Below are positions 39,197-51,707 of a stretch of 64,000 nucleotides of DNA, piece by piece; within the stretch, counting starts at the first letter, position 1, and every line of letters starts with the position of its first letter. A program made the translations under genes and the position numbers. Source of the stretch: Chiloscyllium plagiosum. Taxonomy: Eukaryota. Below the pieces are notes generated by a model that worked only from the letters and a program-made list of their open reading frames with translations, was not told where the DNA came from and made no database searches. The DNA lies in contig NC_057741.1 of assembly GCF_004010195.1 (NCBI RefSeq), positions 17,835,899 through 17,899,898 of the forward strand. Reading direction: 5' to 3'.

Positions 39197-40587
39197 CCAC
39201 AGGGAAGACAGTCATAGCAGCAGCATGGACTGGATTTGCCCTGAAGGACCATATGGAATTTCCAATACATCTAACTCCTCAGGTACTGCACCAAAATTTG
39301 AAATTTCTGACAGGCAATTGCCTACTGTTTGGAAACCTCTGAAAAGTCCCATCTCAATCCAAACCGTTTGGAGGGTTTCTACCTTAATTACCCAGAATAA
39401 GTTAGAGGAACTAAAATCTGTTCCAATTGCTGGATTGCTATTAAATTGAAACCCATAAATCACTAATGAATCCCCTATTTCTATGCCCCATGGACACCAA
39501 GCCTTCCCCACTTCAAGATAAATTAGACCCGAGCCCCAACTGCACCCCTTACATCTCACTCCACCTATCTAATCTTGCCAGTAATTGGAACTGAAGAAGT
39601 AGGGTTTTCAATCTAACCAGAAGATCTGGGCTGTTATAGTCAAAGATCTTATTGGTATTGATGGTGCACATTTATGTACAAAGCAACTTCTATCTTACTG
39701 AACAAATATTTTTCCTAAGTTCCTATTCCTATTCGTATTAACTCTACACATATAATAAATCATCTATTGAGTAGTAACAGTTATGTTCACAGATTCTATT
39801 AACACTATGTGAATTAGTTGAATTTTATCAAGTTTTTGAAACATCCTAACAATCTTAAAAAAAACAATTCTAGGCTGAAATTTAAAATTGGATAAGATGT
39901 TATGATCAGCACCAATTCTGTCGCGAATGTCATTTCCAGATGCAGCAGGGATTCTAGGCTGTAGCCATCACGACAGAGTGTGAAGCACAGGAGGGTTGAA
40001 GGTACCCCTGTACTTCTGTTATCATGGCATGCCAGACTCGTCTGTCTTGTACCATCCTCACACTTGCATTGCAGCTCATCTACAAAATTCATCATCACCT
40101 AGATCAATCCCTCTTTTTGCTGACCTCCACTTTGTTATTAGAATGGATCCATCTTTGCAGTTATAAGCAATTGAATAAAATAATGAATTTTGTTTTGAAT
40201 ATCACTTTAAAATAAAATTTATCCCTTTCTTGCAATTTCAAATACGTCTTAATTTGTCTTATGGGCTAGCTATGGATGTACATTTTTAGAGACAAAAAAC
40301 TGTTTTAGTGTTCAGATTTCATAGGTGCCAATCTTCTTCCACAAGTCTTAATTTTATGTTCAGATATCTGAGGCATACAGGAAAGTGGATAAAATACAGC
40401 ATAAGTTTTTTTTTCCTTGCTACAAGCTTGAGTTTCTTTGTGACATATTGTTCTTCTTCATAAAATTACTTCTAGCCATCTCTATATTAACTTGGACAAC
40501 TCTTAAGACCACAAGAAAAAGGAACAGAATGTTCTTAATAGAAATCGGAATATAAATTTTGGCTCCTTCACCATTCAATAGGAAATG

Positions 40588-40682
40588 GCCACAACCACCT
40601 GATGAAGGAGCAGCACTCGAAAAGCTAGTGCTTCCAAATAAACCTGTTGGACTATAACCTGGTGTTGTGTGATTTTTAACTG
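40588..40682 (+). mobile_element. Family C tail (probably PLE-derived) with a mutated hammerhead motif
   Basis: CACCTGATGAAGGAGCAGCACTCGAAAAGCTAGTG...CCTGTTGGACTATAACCTGGTGTTGTG; homologous to 45856-45952. Confidence 0.75.
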
Positions 40683-41136
40683 ACATACCTCGTCCACTTT
40701 TATGCTGTTTCCCTGTAACTCTGGATTCCCTTACTGATCAAGGATCTATTTTATCTATTAAATATGTACAAAGACTCTATCCCCACAGCTCTATGTAGCA
40801 AGGAGCTCAAAAGACTCTTTAAAGGAAGAAATTCCTCCTTGTCTGAGTCTCAAACTGGTGCCACTTTATTCTGAGACTATGCCCTCTAACCCTAGACTGT
40901 CCCAAGAAGGGAAACATTCTCTCTGCATTTACCCTGTCACACCCTGAATATTCTGTTCTTTTGTTCTCCCTTCCAAACTAAATAACTTTTTACTGTTAGT
41001 GTTCATGCTCAATCTACTTTCAAAATATATAGCAACGATGTGGAGGTGCTGGTGTTGGACTGGGGTAGCCTGCGCCTGATGAAGCGGCTGTGCTCTGAAA
41101 GCTTGTGTGATTTCAAACATACCTATTGGAATATAA

Positions 41137-41950
41137 GGCAAAAGTGAGTACTGCAGATGCTGAAGATTTGAGTCAAGAGTGTGGTGATGGAAAAACTCAG
41201 CAGGTTAGGCAGCATCCGAGCAGCAGGAAAAATCGAGATTTCAGGCAAAGCCCTTCATCAGGAATTAGGCTGAGAGCCTCAGGAGTGGAGAGATAAATGG
41301 GACAGGGATGGGGCTGGGGGGAAGGTAGCTGAGAGTGCAATAGATGGATGGAGATGTGGTAAAGGTGATAGGTTGGAGGGGAGGGTGGAGCGGATAGGTG
41401 TGAAGGAAGATGGACAGATGGGGCGGGTCATGAGGAAAGTTCTGAGCTGGAAGCTTGGAACTGGGGTAAGGTGGAGGGAGGGGAAATGAGGAAACTGGTG
41501 AAATCCACATTGATGCCATGGGGTGGAGGGTCCAGTGGTAAGGGAGTGGTGGTGGAAGAGGCCCAGGACCTGCATGTCCTTGGCAGAGTGGGAGGGGAGT
41601 TGAAGTTTTCGGCCATGGGCGGTGTGGTTGAATGGTGCGGGTGTCCCAATGTTTTCTGAAGCGTTCTGTACGTAGGCGTCCTGTCTCCCCAATGTAGAGA
41701 CCGCATCTGGAGCAATGGATACAGTAAATGACGTGTGGAAGTGCAGGTGAAACTTTGATGGATGTGGACAGTTCCTTTGTGGCCTAGGATGGGGGGGGAG
41801 GGAGAAGGTTGGGAGGCTTGGGCACAGGTTTTGCAATTCCTGTAGTGGCAGCAGGAGGTGCCAGGACAAGAAGGGGAGGATGGGTTGTTGGGGGTGGACC
41901 CGACGAGGTACTTGCGGAGGGAACAGTCTTTATGGGAAGTGGAGGGTAGG
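41137..41950 (-). mobile_element. Penelope-like element 3' fragment, family A, inserted into a family C tail
   Basis: Frameshifted GIY-YIG region and family A tail. TSD T(A/G)TTGGAATATAA at 41124-41136 and 41951-41963. Confidence 0.88.
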
Positions 41951-42399
41951 TGTTGGAATATAACCTGATGTTGCGTGACCTGACAAAATCTATAGAGTTT
42001 AGTTAACCTACATTTTGTGGGGCCTCTTCTGATTCTGCAAGTGATGTTTTGTTGAGTTTTCCACCTCCTGATGCTGCCTGGCTCTGTGTTCTTCCAGCCT
42101 CCAGGTTATCTACTTTGGATTCCAGCATCTGAAGGTTTTTCTTGTCTGTTAAGTACTGCTTTTGTTGCATGTATCTAATATTTCACAATCCAATTTTAAA
42201 AATGTTTGTTTAGTGTACAGATTGAACAATGTTATGACCAAAGGGCCACCCATGTATTTAACCCGAGCACACCCGCAAAATACCCCCGTTTCACGAACAA
42301 TTATCATTCAAATCTGCTTCAAAGGCTCTTTTCCTCCAAGCATGGCTCGCTGCTTTCGTTCTTCCAATCCCTACAACTCAAGCAAAACGATTATCATTG

Positions 42400-43170
42400 A
42401 GTTCAGTAAAAGACGGTTTATTTTTACCCAAGCGACCTCTCCACTCGCCGACCCCCAATTAGGCAGCTCCTCAAGCGCGATGGCGTCACCACGTCACGCG
42501 AGCGCGTTCATGGTAGTTAGCCAATCGCAGTTTGCACTCCGCCTCCGTGTGACCCCACCCACACGTACCTGTGCCCTGCCCCTCGACCGCACGTACTTGT
42601 GCCCCGCCCACACATAGATTTCCCCGCCCCTTACCACACGGCCCCGCCCCCTTGTCACACGGCTCCACCTTCGCAGCACGCCCCGTAGTTGACAGCGCCG
42701 CAGCCGGCTGCATACCTTTGATGCCCCGCCTCGTGGAGCACGGTGGGCGGTGACGCATTTCCTGTGGCCGTTGGCCTGGTGACGGTGAATCATCGCGCGG
42801 GGGCGGGGGGCAAAGCATTCCTTTTGAGCGGTGACGGTGTGAGTAAAGTTCCTCGGTACAGCTGAGGGATGTGGAGGCTTGGAGTCTTCTGCCTTAAGGC
42901 GGGAGGGCTGAGTGGCTCTCGGTTCACCTCTCCGGAGAGTGTCCAGCAGCGGAACCTGGGCCGGCCACTTGTTGCTGCCTCTCTGCCTGGTTAATTCCCG
43001 CTCTGTTTGCACCATTATGGGGGCTCTTATTGAGAACCACTCGGCCTTCAGTCAAGTGGCTGCATCCTTTACTTCCTTTCCCACTTGTTATGCCCCACAG
43101 AAGTGGGATGGAGGTGCCGTGTTTATTGGTAACCTCAGACTCGCGCACTTGCTCGTGGCTTTACGTTATT
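42400..43170. promoter_or_regulatory. CpG island, probable bidirectional promoter of ELMOD2 (+) and the ZNF gene (-)
   Basis: The strongest non-repeat CpG-dense, GC-rich stretch in the window. CCAAT at 42521, GC boxes at about 42623, 42642 and 42800, CRE-like TGACG sites, YY1-like GATGGCG at 42479. Candidate donors: GTGAGT at 42839 (+) and GTAAAA at 42427 (-). Confidence 0.8.
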
Positions 43171-44929
43171 TTGTTTTTCGAAGTATATTTTCCATCTCAA
43201 AGTTTTTTCCTTGATTTATTTTCACTTTCAACCTATTTCCGAGTTTTGTTTATTAAGTTGGGTGCAAAAAGCAGATATGGTTTACTTCCATTAAGGCCTT
43301 ATATTACAGAAGAAGTGTAGGTTGATCGAGAAGCTAACTTGACGTTCAACATAATTTATGACTCACGCTCAATTAGTAAACACCTCTGTTAGGTTTACAG
43401 CAGAACGCTAGGGAATGCATTGCAGAGCTTTTAAGAGTTTATTTTAAAACCCAGAGTAGTTCAATATAATTTGAATGCTGCATGGGGTGGACGCTACCTT
43501 GTCTATTTTGCTGTATTACAATGGTGTATAGCGCTGAGTCAGCTATAGTGAATGTGCTGCTTCAACAGCACATGGTTCTTTAGTTTTTACTTTTGCACAC
43601 TCTGCTTTCTCTCAATATTGTGCATTGTAAATCGCTGTCTGAAAAAAAAGTAGCTCATCAAATCAAACATGAATAAAGGAATGAAGGATCAATATAACCC
43701 AAACTTTGTTCTTTCATTCCATGCTAATATCGAAGAATCCCTCCAGTGTAAAAATAGGCCATTTGGCCTATCAAGTCCACAGTGATTCTCTGAAGAGGTG
43801 TGACCATGGAACATAGGAGCAGATTTTTTTTATCTGAGAGTTTTGGAGGATGATAAGTAAACAGGGCTTAGTGTCAGCAAGGACAAAGTTGATGATGAAA
43901 ATGTTGAGAAACCATATTTGCGCAAGTATCAGTTCGTCTGATGTAAACTCAATGCTTCACATCTGTTTAAAATATTCATCTGTTTTTCTCACATGTTCTG
44001 TATAGGTCAACCCCTATCCTTTAGCCAAAGAGTCCCATCTGCTTATATTTACCATAGTGCACACTGTTGAAATCAGAATTGCCCTGGTACAAATCTACTT
44101 GTACTACAAATAGAATAGTATGTTCTTGAAGTCAGCTATTTAGCTCCTAGGCTGATAGGCTAGCCCATTATCAAATTAGACATTGGTGATATGCTCAGTC
44201 TAAGACAGGATTGTAATAACAAAATAGAGTTTCTGCTAGAAGCAAAATAAAAACTGGTTTGATTTTCCTAATATCTTATTGGGATGCAAGACTTAACAAT
44301 GTAGGTGCAGGAGGAAAAACAATTGCAGGAGTTTATCAGACTCCAGGTAGATTGGCAACAATAAAACCAAGTGAGGACAGTCCCATTAAACTGGACATTA
44401 GAGAGGAAACTGAAGAATATGACATTGCTGTTCGAGTCAAAGACTACTGATTGGTTAAGGAGGCATGGTGTACTGTGGTCATTCTCACAATGTCATTTCT
44501 GGTTGCTTTAGCATTTTTTACTGCTGTATTAATATCGGAGGTTTGAATGTGAAGTTGTGGGAAAGGTGGGCACAGATTTGATGTGATAATTGTCTGAAGA
44601 AAAGTCTTATCAAACTCAAAAAGTTAACTTCGTTTCTCACCACAGATGCTGTCAGATCTGCTAAGTTTGTCCAGAACATTTTTTATTTCAGATTTCCAGC
44701 ATCTGCAGTACTTTTTTTATGTGAATGTGAGATTGAACAGTTCAGTAGTTGCAGAAGTACATAGTGTGTGAATGTCTAGGTTATGGTTCATGGAATCTTT
44801 AATTTTGGGAACTAAAGCATTTCAGTAGAAAATGTGTGAAATGCAATTGAGGAGCATTAAAGTGTAGTATGTTTGAACAGTTGAGGTAATTTCACTTTGA
44901 GGTTGCCTTTTTTGTTTCATGGAATCACA

Positions 44930-45150
44930 GGGGTCGGTTAGTTCAGTTGGTAGGACATCTGGTTTGCGATGCAGTGTTGCCAGTAATGGTTCAATTACAG
45001 CACCAGCTGAGGTTACCTGGAAAGGCTCTCCTTCTCAACTTCTCTCCTAACCTGAAGTATGGTGATCCTCAGATTAAAACCACTACGAGTCGTCTCTCTC
45101 TAATGAAAGAGCAGCCCTATGATCCAATTGGACTATCGCAACTTTACCTT
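44930..45150 (+). mobile_element. tRNA-derived SINE (non-HE1)
   Basis: GGTTAGTTCAGTTGG A-box-like and GGTTCAATT B-box-like head. Confidence 0.55.
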
Positions 45151-45174
45151 AGCAAAGGAATCAGAATCTAAGAT

Positions 45175-46205
45175 TGTTTTTAGAGGTAAAGTTAAATTAA
45201 TTCAGATACATTCAGGAAACTCCTCAGGCTGAAACACCTATTAGCTCAGAACAAGCTATGTTGTCATGGAGATGGATGGACTTGGCATATTTTAGATTTC
45301 AGGTTAACTAGGTGTGCTTTTCCTGGGAGAGTGCTGAGGTAATGAAATGGCTTAAGGCAGCATGGGTGTTGCTGTTAGACTCCAAGCAGTTATGGCAGGA
45401 GAAGTCTATGGAAGTTAATATGAGACTGGGGTCAAGAAGCCACAAGCACTATTTGATTCATGCAGTTGAGAGAGACCACAGAGGTTTTGTTAGCTTAATG
45501 AAGCAAACTGTCTTGGAAAAAGCTAGAATTGATGCTGTAGTGCAATTCTGGGCATCCAGTAGAAGAGATTAAACCACCTAGGTGTGAGTGGTCGTTGATG
45601 GACTCTGATGGAATGACTTTTAAGGAAGATTTAAAGCCAGAGCATTGAAAGTGATGAATTGGAATCCTTTGTAAAGGCGAAAATGTTTTTAATGAAATTT
45701 GGTGACTGTGTCACTGGTTGCTAAGAAATATGTGGAATCTGTCTTGACCACATTTGCAATTTGATGTGCTTCATAGAGTGCTTTGACAACTGTCTGTCTC
45801 CCCTCATTTATTTCAGGTTAGGTCTGGTTGTTAAGAGTATATATCAAATACATTGTGTTAAAAATCTCACAACACCAGGTTATAGTCCAACAGGTTTAAT
45901 TGGAAGCACACTAGCTTTCGGAGTGCTGCTCCTTCATCAGGTGATTGTGGCTTAAGCCGGCAGTTAGTGGTGTCGATAGTAGTCATGATTTGGCGAGGCA
46001 TCTCCAAATCATATATATTGTGTGTTGTGCAACTATTCTAACTTTATATCATCAAGTTTATTTAATTTGTTCAAAAACAGTGGATCATTGTGGCTTTATT
46101 CTGTTACTAAGTGTCTGAGATCTGAAATTTTTTCTACTTTTTAGAAAAGTTATTGGTTTTTTTGCAGATCATAACATAAATTTGGTCTCATCCAGGATCA
46201 TAACA
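45175..46205 (+). mobile_element. Possible old solo LTR with a family C tail nested at 45856-45952
   Basis: Ends in GGATCATAACA like the other LTRs; the 5' boundary is uncertain. Confidence 0.4.
45909..45943 (-). ncRNA. Minimal type I hammerhead ribozyme motif (family C)
   Basis: CAC-CUGAUGA-A-GGAG-cagca-CUCC-GAAAG-CUA/GUG: intact core, stems I and II, palindromic AGCU stem III. Confidence 0.75.
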
Positions 46206-47036
46206 GCAATTAATGGAAACTGGCCAGTTAGGCATTTAAATTGCGGTTATAAGTGACTTGGGGTGAATTATTTTCAAAGACATAAATAGTAGATGAGAGG
46301 ATGTTGAGTGACAAACGACAAAGGTGACCAGAAATGACCTTGTCTAACAAATGTATGTTACAGTGCCATTTGAGCATTTTGAAGTAGGAATGCAATTTGA
46401 CTTTTACTACTTGAGTAGTAAAACTAATTTTTGAGAATAGATAATTTGGAACAAAAAAGGCATTATCAAATCTATTTTGTGTACCAACCAATTTTCTGGA
46501 CCATCTTTCAGCTCCCACTATTACCTTGCTGTTACAGTACCAGCAGCAAGCAGGTACTGAGATTTGAATGGCTTCATTAGTTTTGTTTCCATTAAGATTT
46601 TTGCTTTAAATTTTAGTACAGTGTATTGTCGAAAACCAGCATAGATCATGTTCAAATTAGGAACTTTTATTTTGCTATATGATTGTGATGGTGAGTTTCA
46701 GTTACTTGATCCCTTGTTATAAATGCATTTTTTTGCAATAGGGTTTGTTATTTTGCCATAAAGCAAAACAAAATGGAAGTATTAAATGTGAAAATTATAG
46801 GATGATTGGTTGATATTCCAAGCACTGTGTCCTTTTACATCTATGATTTGAGTTTGTAATCATTCCCACTACCTGTGCTCCATTTGATTGAGGGGGAGTA
46901 ACTGCGTGGTAGCTTTTATTAATATGCAGAATTGATTTTGGATAGTTTTGACTTGGAAGGGTCTTAAACTCAAAGCAGGTTAGCTCTTAATTTGAATCAC
47001 ATTTATTGAGATCATCTTTCTTTTTCTCACCAGAAT

Positions 47037-47181
47037 ATGATTAGTTTGATTTGGAATTACCTGTACAGCACTCTTCTGAGGTCTTGGATGAAGTGGATTT
47101 TAAGAAAGCTTACTGGAAGATGTGAACTGCAACGTATTTGTGCCAGTACTGTTCAAGGAGCAGAGCGAACAATGAAAATTG
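47037..47181 (+). CDS. ELMOD2: ELMO domain-containing protein 2, first coding exon
   Basis: MISLIWNYLYSTLLRSWMKWILRKLTGRCELQRICASTVQGAERTMKI matches the WMKWLLR..TGKCELQRI motif of ELMOD2. Acceptor TTTTTCTCACCAG ends at 47033; donor GTGAGC at 47182; phase 1. Confidence 0.93.
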
Positions 47182-50100
47182 GTGAGCAGTGAGGAAAGCT
47201 ATTTCTGAATTATAAGTAGGGCATCCAATAATACACTTTGCGCACTTTTTTATTGTTATGGTATCAATGTTCTAGGCTTATGATTGGCGTCTAGGACCAT
47301 TAGTCTGCCTGATCCCTTTATTATCCAAACCTATTTGTTTTGGACAAACCCTATAATACTTCCCCTCGATTTTATTGAGTCATTGTCATACAGCGTGGAA
47401 ACAGACCCTTTAATCCAACGCACCAAGCTGACCAAGGTTCCCAAACTAAACTAGTCCCATTTGCCTGCATTTGGGCCATATCCCTCTAAATCTTTTCTGT
47501 TAATAGAACAAAAAACATCACGCGCAGTACAGGCCCTTCGGTCCTCGATAGTTCCACGGGTCGGTGCAACAATCTGAAGCCTATCTATCCTACACTATTC
47601 CATTTTCATCCATATGTTTATCCAGTGACCATTTAAATGCCCTGAAAGTTAGCAAGTCTACTACTGTTGCAGGCTGTGCGTTCCATGCCCCTACTACTAT
47701 GAATAAAGAAACTACCTCTGACATCTGTCCTATATCTATCACCCCTCAATTTAAAGTTATGTCCCTTCATGCTGGCCATCACCATCCGAGGAACAAGGCT
47801 CTCGCTGTCAACCCTGTCTAACCCTCTGATTATCTTACACTTCTCAACCTTCTTTAATAAAAACAACCTCCAGTCCCTCAGCCTTTCCTCATAAGATCTT
47901 TCCTCCATACCAGGCAACATCCTAGTAAATCTCCTCTGAGCCCTTTCCAAAGCCTCTACATCCTTCCTATAATGCAGTGACTAGAACTGTACGCAATACT
48001 CAAGTGTGGCCAAGCCAGAGTTTTGTACAGCTGCAGCATGACCTTGTCGCTCTGAAACTCAATCCCTCTACCAGTAAAAGCTAACACACTGTATGCCTTT
48101 TTAATAACTCTGTCAACCTGGGTGGCAGCTTTCAGGGATCTATGTACATGGACACAGAGATATCTCTGCTCATCCACACTACCACGAATCTTACCATTAG
48201 CCTCGTACTCTTTATTCCTGAAACTCCTTCCAAAGTGAATCAGCTCTCACTTTTTCACATTAAACTCCATTTGCCACCTCTCAGCCCCGTTCTGCTGCTT
48301 ATCTATGTCCCTCTGTAACCTACAACATCCTTCTACACTATCCACAACTCGACCGACCTTAGCATTATCCGTAAACTTACTAACTCATTCTTCTATGCCC
48401 TCACCCAGGTCATTTATGAAAATGGCAAACAGTAGTGGACCCAAAACAGTAGTACACTGCTAGAAACTGAACTCCAGGATGAACATTTCCCATCAACCAC
48501 CACCCTCTGTCTTCTTACAGCTAGCCAATTTCTAAATCCTAACCACTAAATCACCCTCAATCCTACGCCTCCATATTTTCTGCAATAGCCAACGTGGGGA
48601 ACCTTATCAAACACCTTACTGAAATCCATATACACCACATTGACCATCCACCTGTTTGATCACCATCTCAAAGAACTCAATAAAGTTTGTGAGGCATGAC
48701 CTACACTTCACAAAACCGTGTTGACTATCCCTCTAGATGATTATAAAGCTTATCTCTTATAACCTTTTCCAACACATTACCCACAACCAGAGTAAGGTTC
48801 ACTGGTCTGTAACTACCAGGTTTGTCTCTACTCCCTTTCTTGAACAAGGGACAACATTTGCTATCCTCCAGTCTTCAGGCGCTATTCCTATAGACAATGA
48901 CCGCATAAAGATCAAAGCCAAAGGCTCTGCAATCTCTTCCCTGGCTTCCCAGAGAATCCTAGGATAAATCCCATCCAGCCTGGGGACTTATCTGTTTTGA
49001 TACTTTCCAGAAATGCTAACACCTCCTCATTGTGAACCTCGATCCTGTCTAGTCTAATAGCCTGTATCTCAGTACTCTCCTTGACAACATTGTTTTTTAC
49101 ATGTGTGAATACTGATGAAAAATATTGATTTAGCGCTTCCCCTCTCTCCTTGGACTCCACGCATAATTTCTCACTGCTGTCCTTGTTGGCCCTAATCTTT
49201 CTGCAGTCATTCTTTTATTCCTGATATACCTGTAGGAAGCTTTAGGGTTTTCCTTCATCCTATCTGCCAACGACTTCTCATGTCCCCTCCTGGTACTTCT
49301 CAGCTCTCTCTTTAGGTCTTTTCTGGCTAACTTGTAACTCTCAAGTACCCTAATTAAGCCTTCACATCTCATCCTAACATAAGCCTCCTTCTTCCTCTTG
49401 ACAAGAGATTCAACTTCTTTAGTAAACCATGACTCCCTTGCTTGACCACCTTCTCCCTGCCTGACAGTTAAATACTTATCAACAACACGTAGTAGCTGTT
49501 CCTTGAATAAGCTCCACATTTCATTGTGTCCAACCCCATCAGTTTCCTTCCCCATCGTATGCATCCTAAATCTTGCCTAATCGCATCATAATTGCCTTTC
49601 CCCCAGCTACAACTCTTGCCCTGCGGTATTTACCTATCCTTTTCCTTTGCTAAAGAAAACATGACCGAATTGGGGTCACTATCACCAAAGTACTCACCTA
49701 CCTCCAAATTTAACACCTGGCCAGGTTCATTACCCAGTACCAAATCCAATGTGGCCTTGTCCCTTATTGGCTTGTCTACATCCTGTGTCAGGAAACCACC
49801 CTGCACACGTTGGACAAAAATTGACCCATCTAAAGTACTCAAACTATTAACTTTCCAAATATTGACTGGAAATACTAAAGCCCCTCATAACAACTACCCT
49901 GTTACTCAGAATTTTATCCAGAATTATCTTTGCTATCCTTTTCTCTACATTTCTGGAAGTATATGGAGGCCTATAGAAAACTCCCAACGGGGTGACCTCT
50001 CTTTTACTGTTTCTAACCTCAGCCCATACTACCTCAGTCGACAAGTCCTCAAACATCCTTTCTGCCACTAATACAGTCTTTGACTAACAATGCCACACCC

Positions 50101-50301
50101 CCATCCCCCTTTTACCGTCTTCTCTGTTCTTACTGTAACACCTAAATCCCGGAACCTGTAACAACCATTCCTGTCCCTGCTCTATCCATGTCTCTGAAAT
50201 GGCCACAACATCAAAGTCCCAGATGCTGCAAGTTCACCCACATTTTTGCGGATGCTCCTGGCATTGAAGTAGACACTCTTCAAATCACCTTCCTGCTTGC
50301 T

Positions 50302-50553
50302 GGTGGTTAGCACTGCTGCCTCACAGCGCCAGAGACCCGGGTTCAATTCCCGCGTGGGTTTCCTCCGGGTGCTCCGGTTTCCTCCCACAATCCAAAGATG
50401 TGCAGGTCAGGTGAATTGGCCATGCTAAATTGCCCGTAGTGTTAGGTAAGGGGTAAATGTAGGGGTATGGGTGGGTTGCGCTTCGGCGGGGCGGTGTGGA
50501 CTTGTTGGGCTGAAGGGCCTGTTTCCACACTGTAAGTAATCTAATCTAATCTA
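50302..50553 (+). mobile_element. HE1 SINE, internally deleted
   Basis: Nearly identical to 56046-56360; (AATCT)n tail. Confidence 0.9.
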
Positions 50554-51707
50554 ACTCTTGCGACGTTGAAACCTTATTTATGACCTCACTACTCTCAACG
50601 TCCTGGACACTGGGACTAAAATTTAAGTTGACATTCCCCTGCGAATTAGTTTAAACCCTCCCAAACAGCATTAGCAAATTCCATTCCCCCCCCCCCCCCG
50701 GATATTGGTATTCCTCTGGTTCAGGTCTAGACTACCCTATTTGGAGAGGTCCCACCTACCCCAAAATGAGCCCCAGTTATCCAGCTATCCAAAACCCTCC
50801 CTCCTGCACCATCCCTGGAGCCATGTGTTAAACTCCTGTCACTCCCTATTCCTCACCTCGCGAGCACATGGCACCAGCAACAAACTAGAGATAACAACTT
50901 TTTTTTCTAGCTCCCTGAATTTCTGCCTTAAATCCCCATCCCTTTTCCTACCTATGTTGTTAGTACCTACGTGGGCCACAACTTGGGGCTATTTCCATTC
51001 CCCCTCCCCGTCAAGGATCCCAAAAACACAATCTGAGACATCACGAGCCCTGGCATCTGGGAGGCAGTACACCAACCATGAGTTTCTCTCGTTCACACAG
51101 AGCCTCCTATGTGTCCCCCTAACTATGGAGTCCCCAGTGACTCATGCTCTGCTCACTCCCCCTTTCCCTTTTGAGCAACAGGGACAGTCTCTGTGCCGGA
51201 GACCTGTACTCCATGGCTTACTCCTGGAAATTCACCTTGCCCCCCCCTCCTCCCAAACAGTATCCAAAATGGTATACTTGTCACTAAGGGAAATGGCCAC
51301 AGGAGTTCCCTGCACTGCCTGCTGGTTCCCTTTCCGTCTCGTGACTGTAACCCATCTGCCTTTTTCTTGCACCAGAGGTGTGACTACCTCCCTGTAACAC
51401 CTCTCAATAACCTCCCTCTGCCTCCTGAATGATCTGAAGTTGCTCCAGCTCCAGTTCCCTAACAATGTTTTCAAGGAGCTGGAGTTGGGTTTACTTCTTG
51501 CAGATGAAGTCAGCAGGGACACTAGTGTTGACCCTTACCTTCCACATTCTGCAGGTGGAACCTTCAACTGCTCTAACCGCCATTCCCTCTATTCTTAATT
51601 CCCAAAGAGACTGTAGAAAAGTAAAGCATAAATAAAAGACTGCTTACCTTATCAATCCAGTGCACAGAACCTTTTTTTCGATTAAAGGAGGATGATGGAT
51701 GGGAGAG

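Noticed and set aside
42162-43320. Cluster of overlapping ORFs
   Set aside because: Expected from stop-codon scarcity in a GC-rich CpG island; the ELMOD2 ATG is at 47037.
50705-51397. 230-aa plus-strand ORF
   Set aside because: Antisense shadow of the CR1 ORF1 region.
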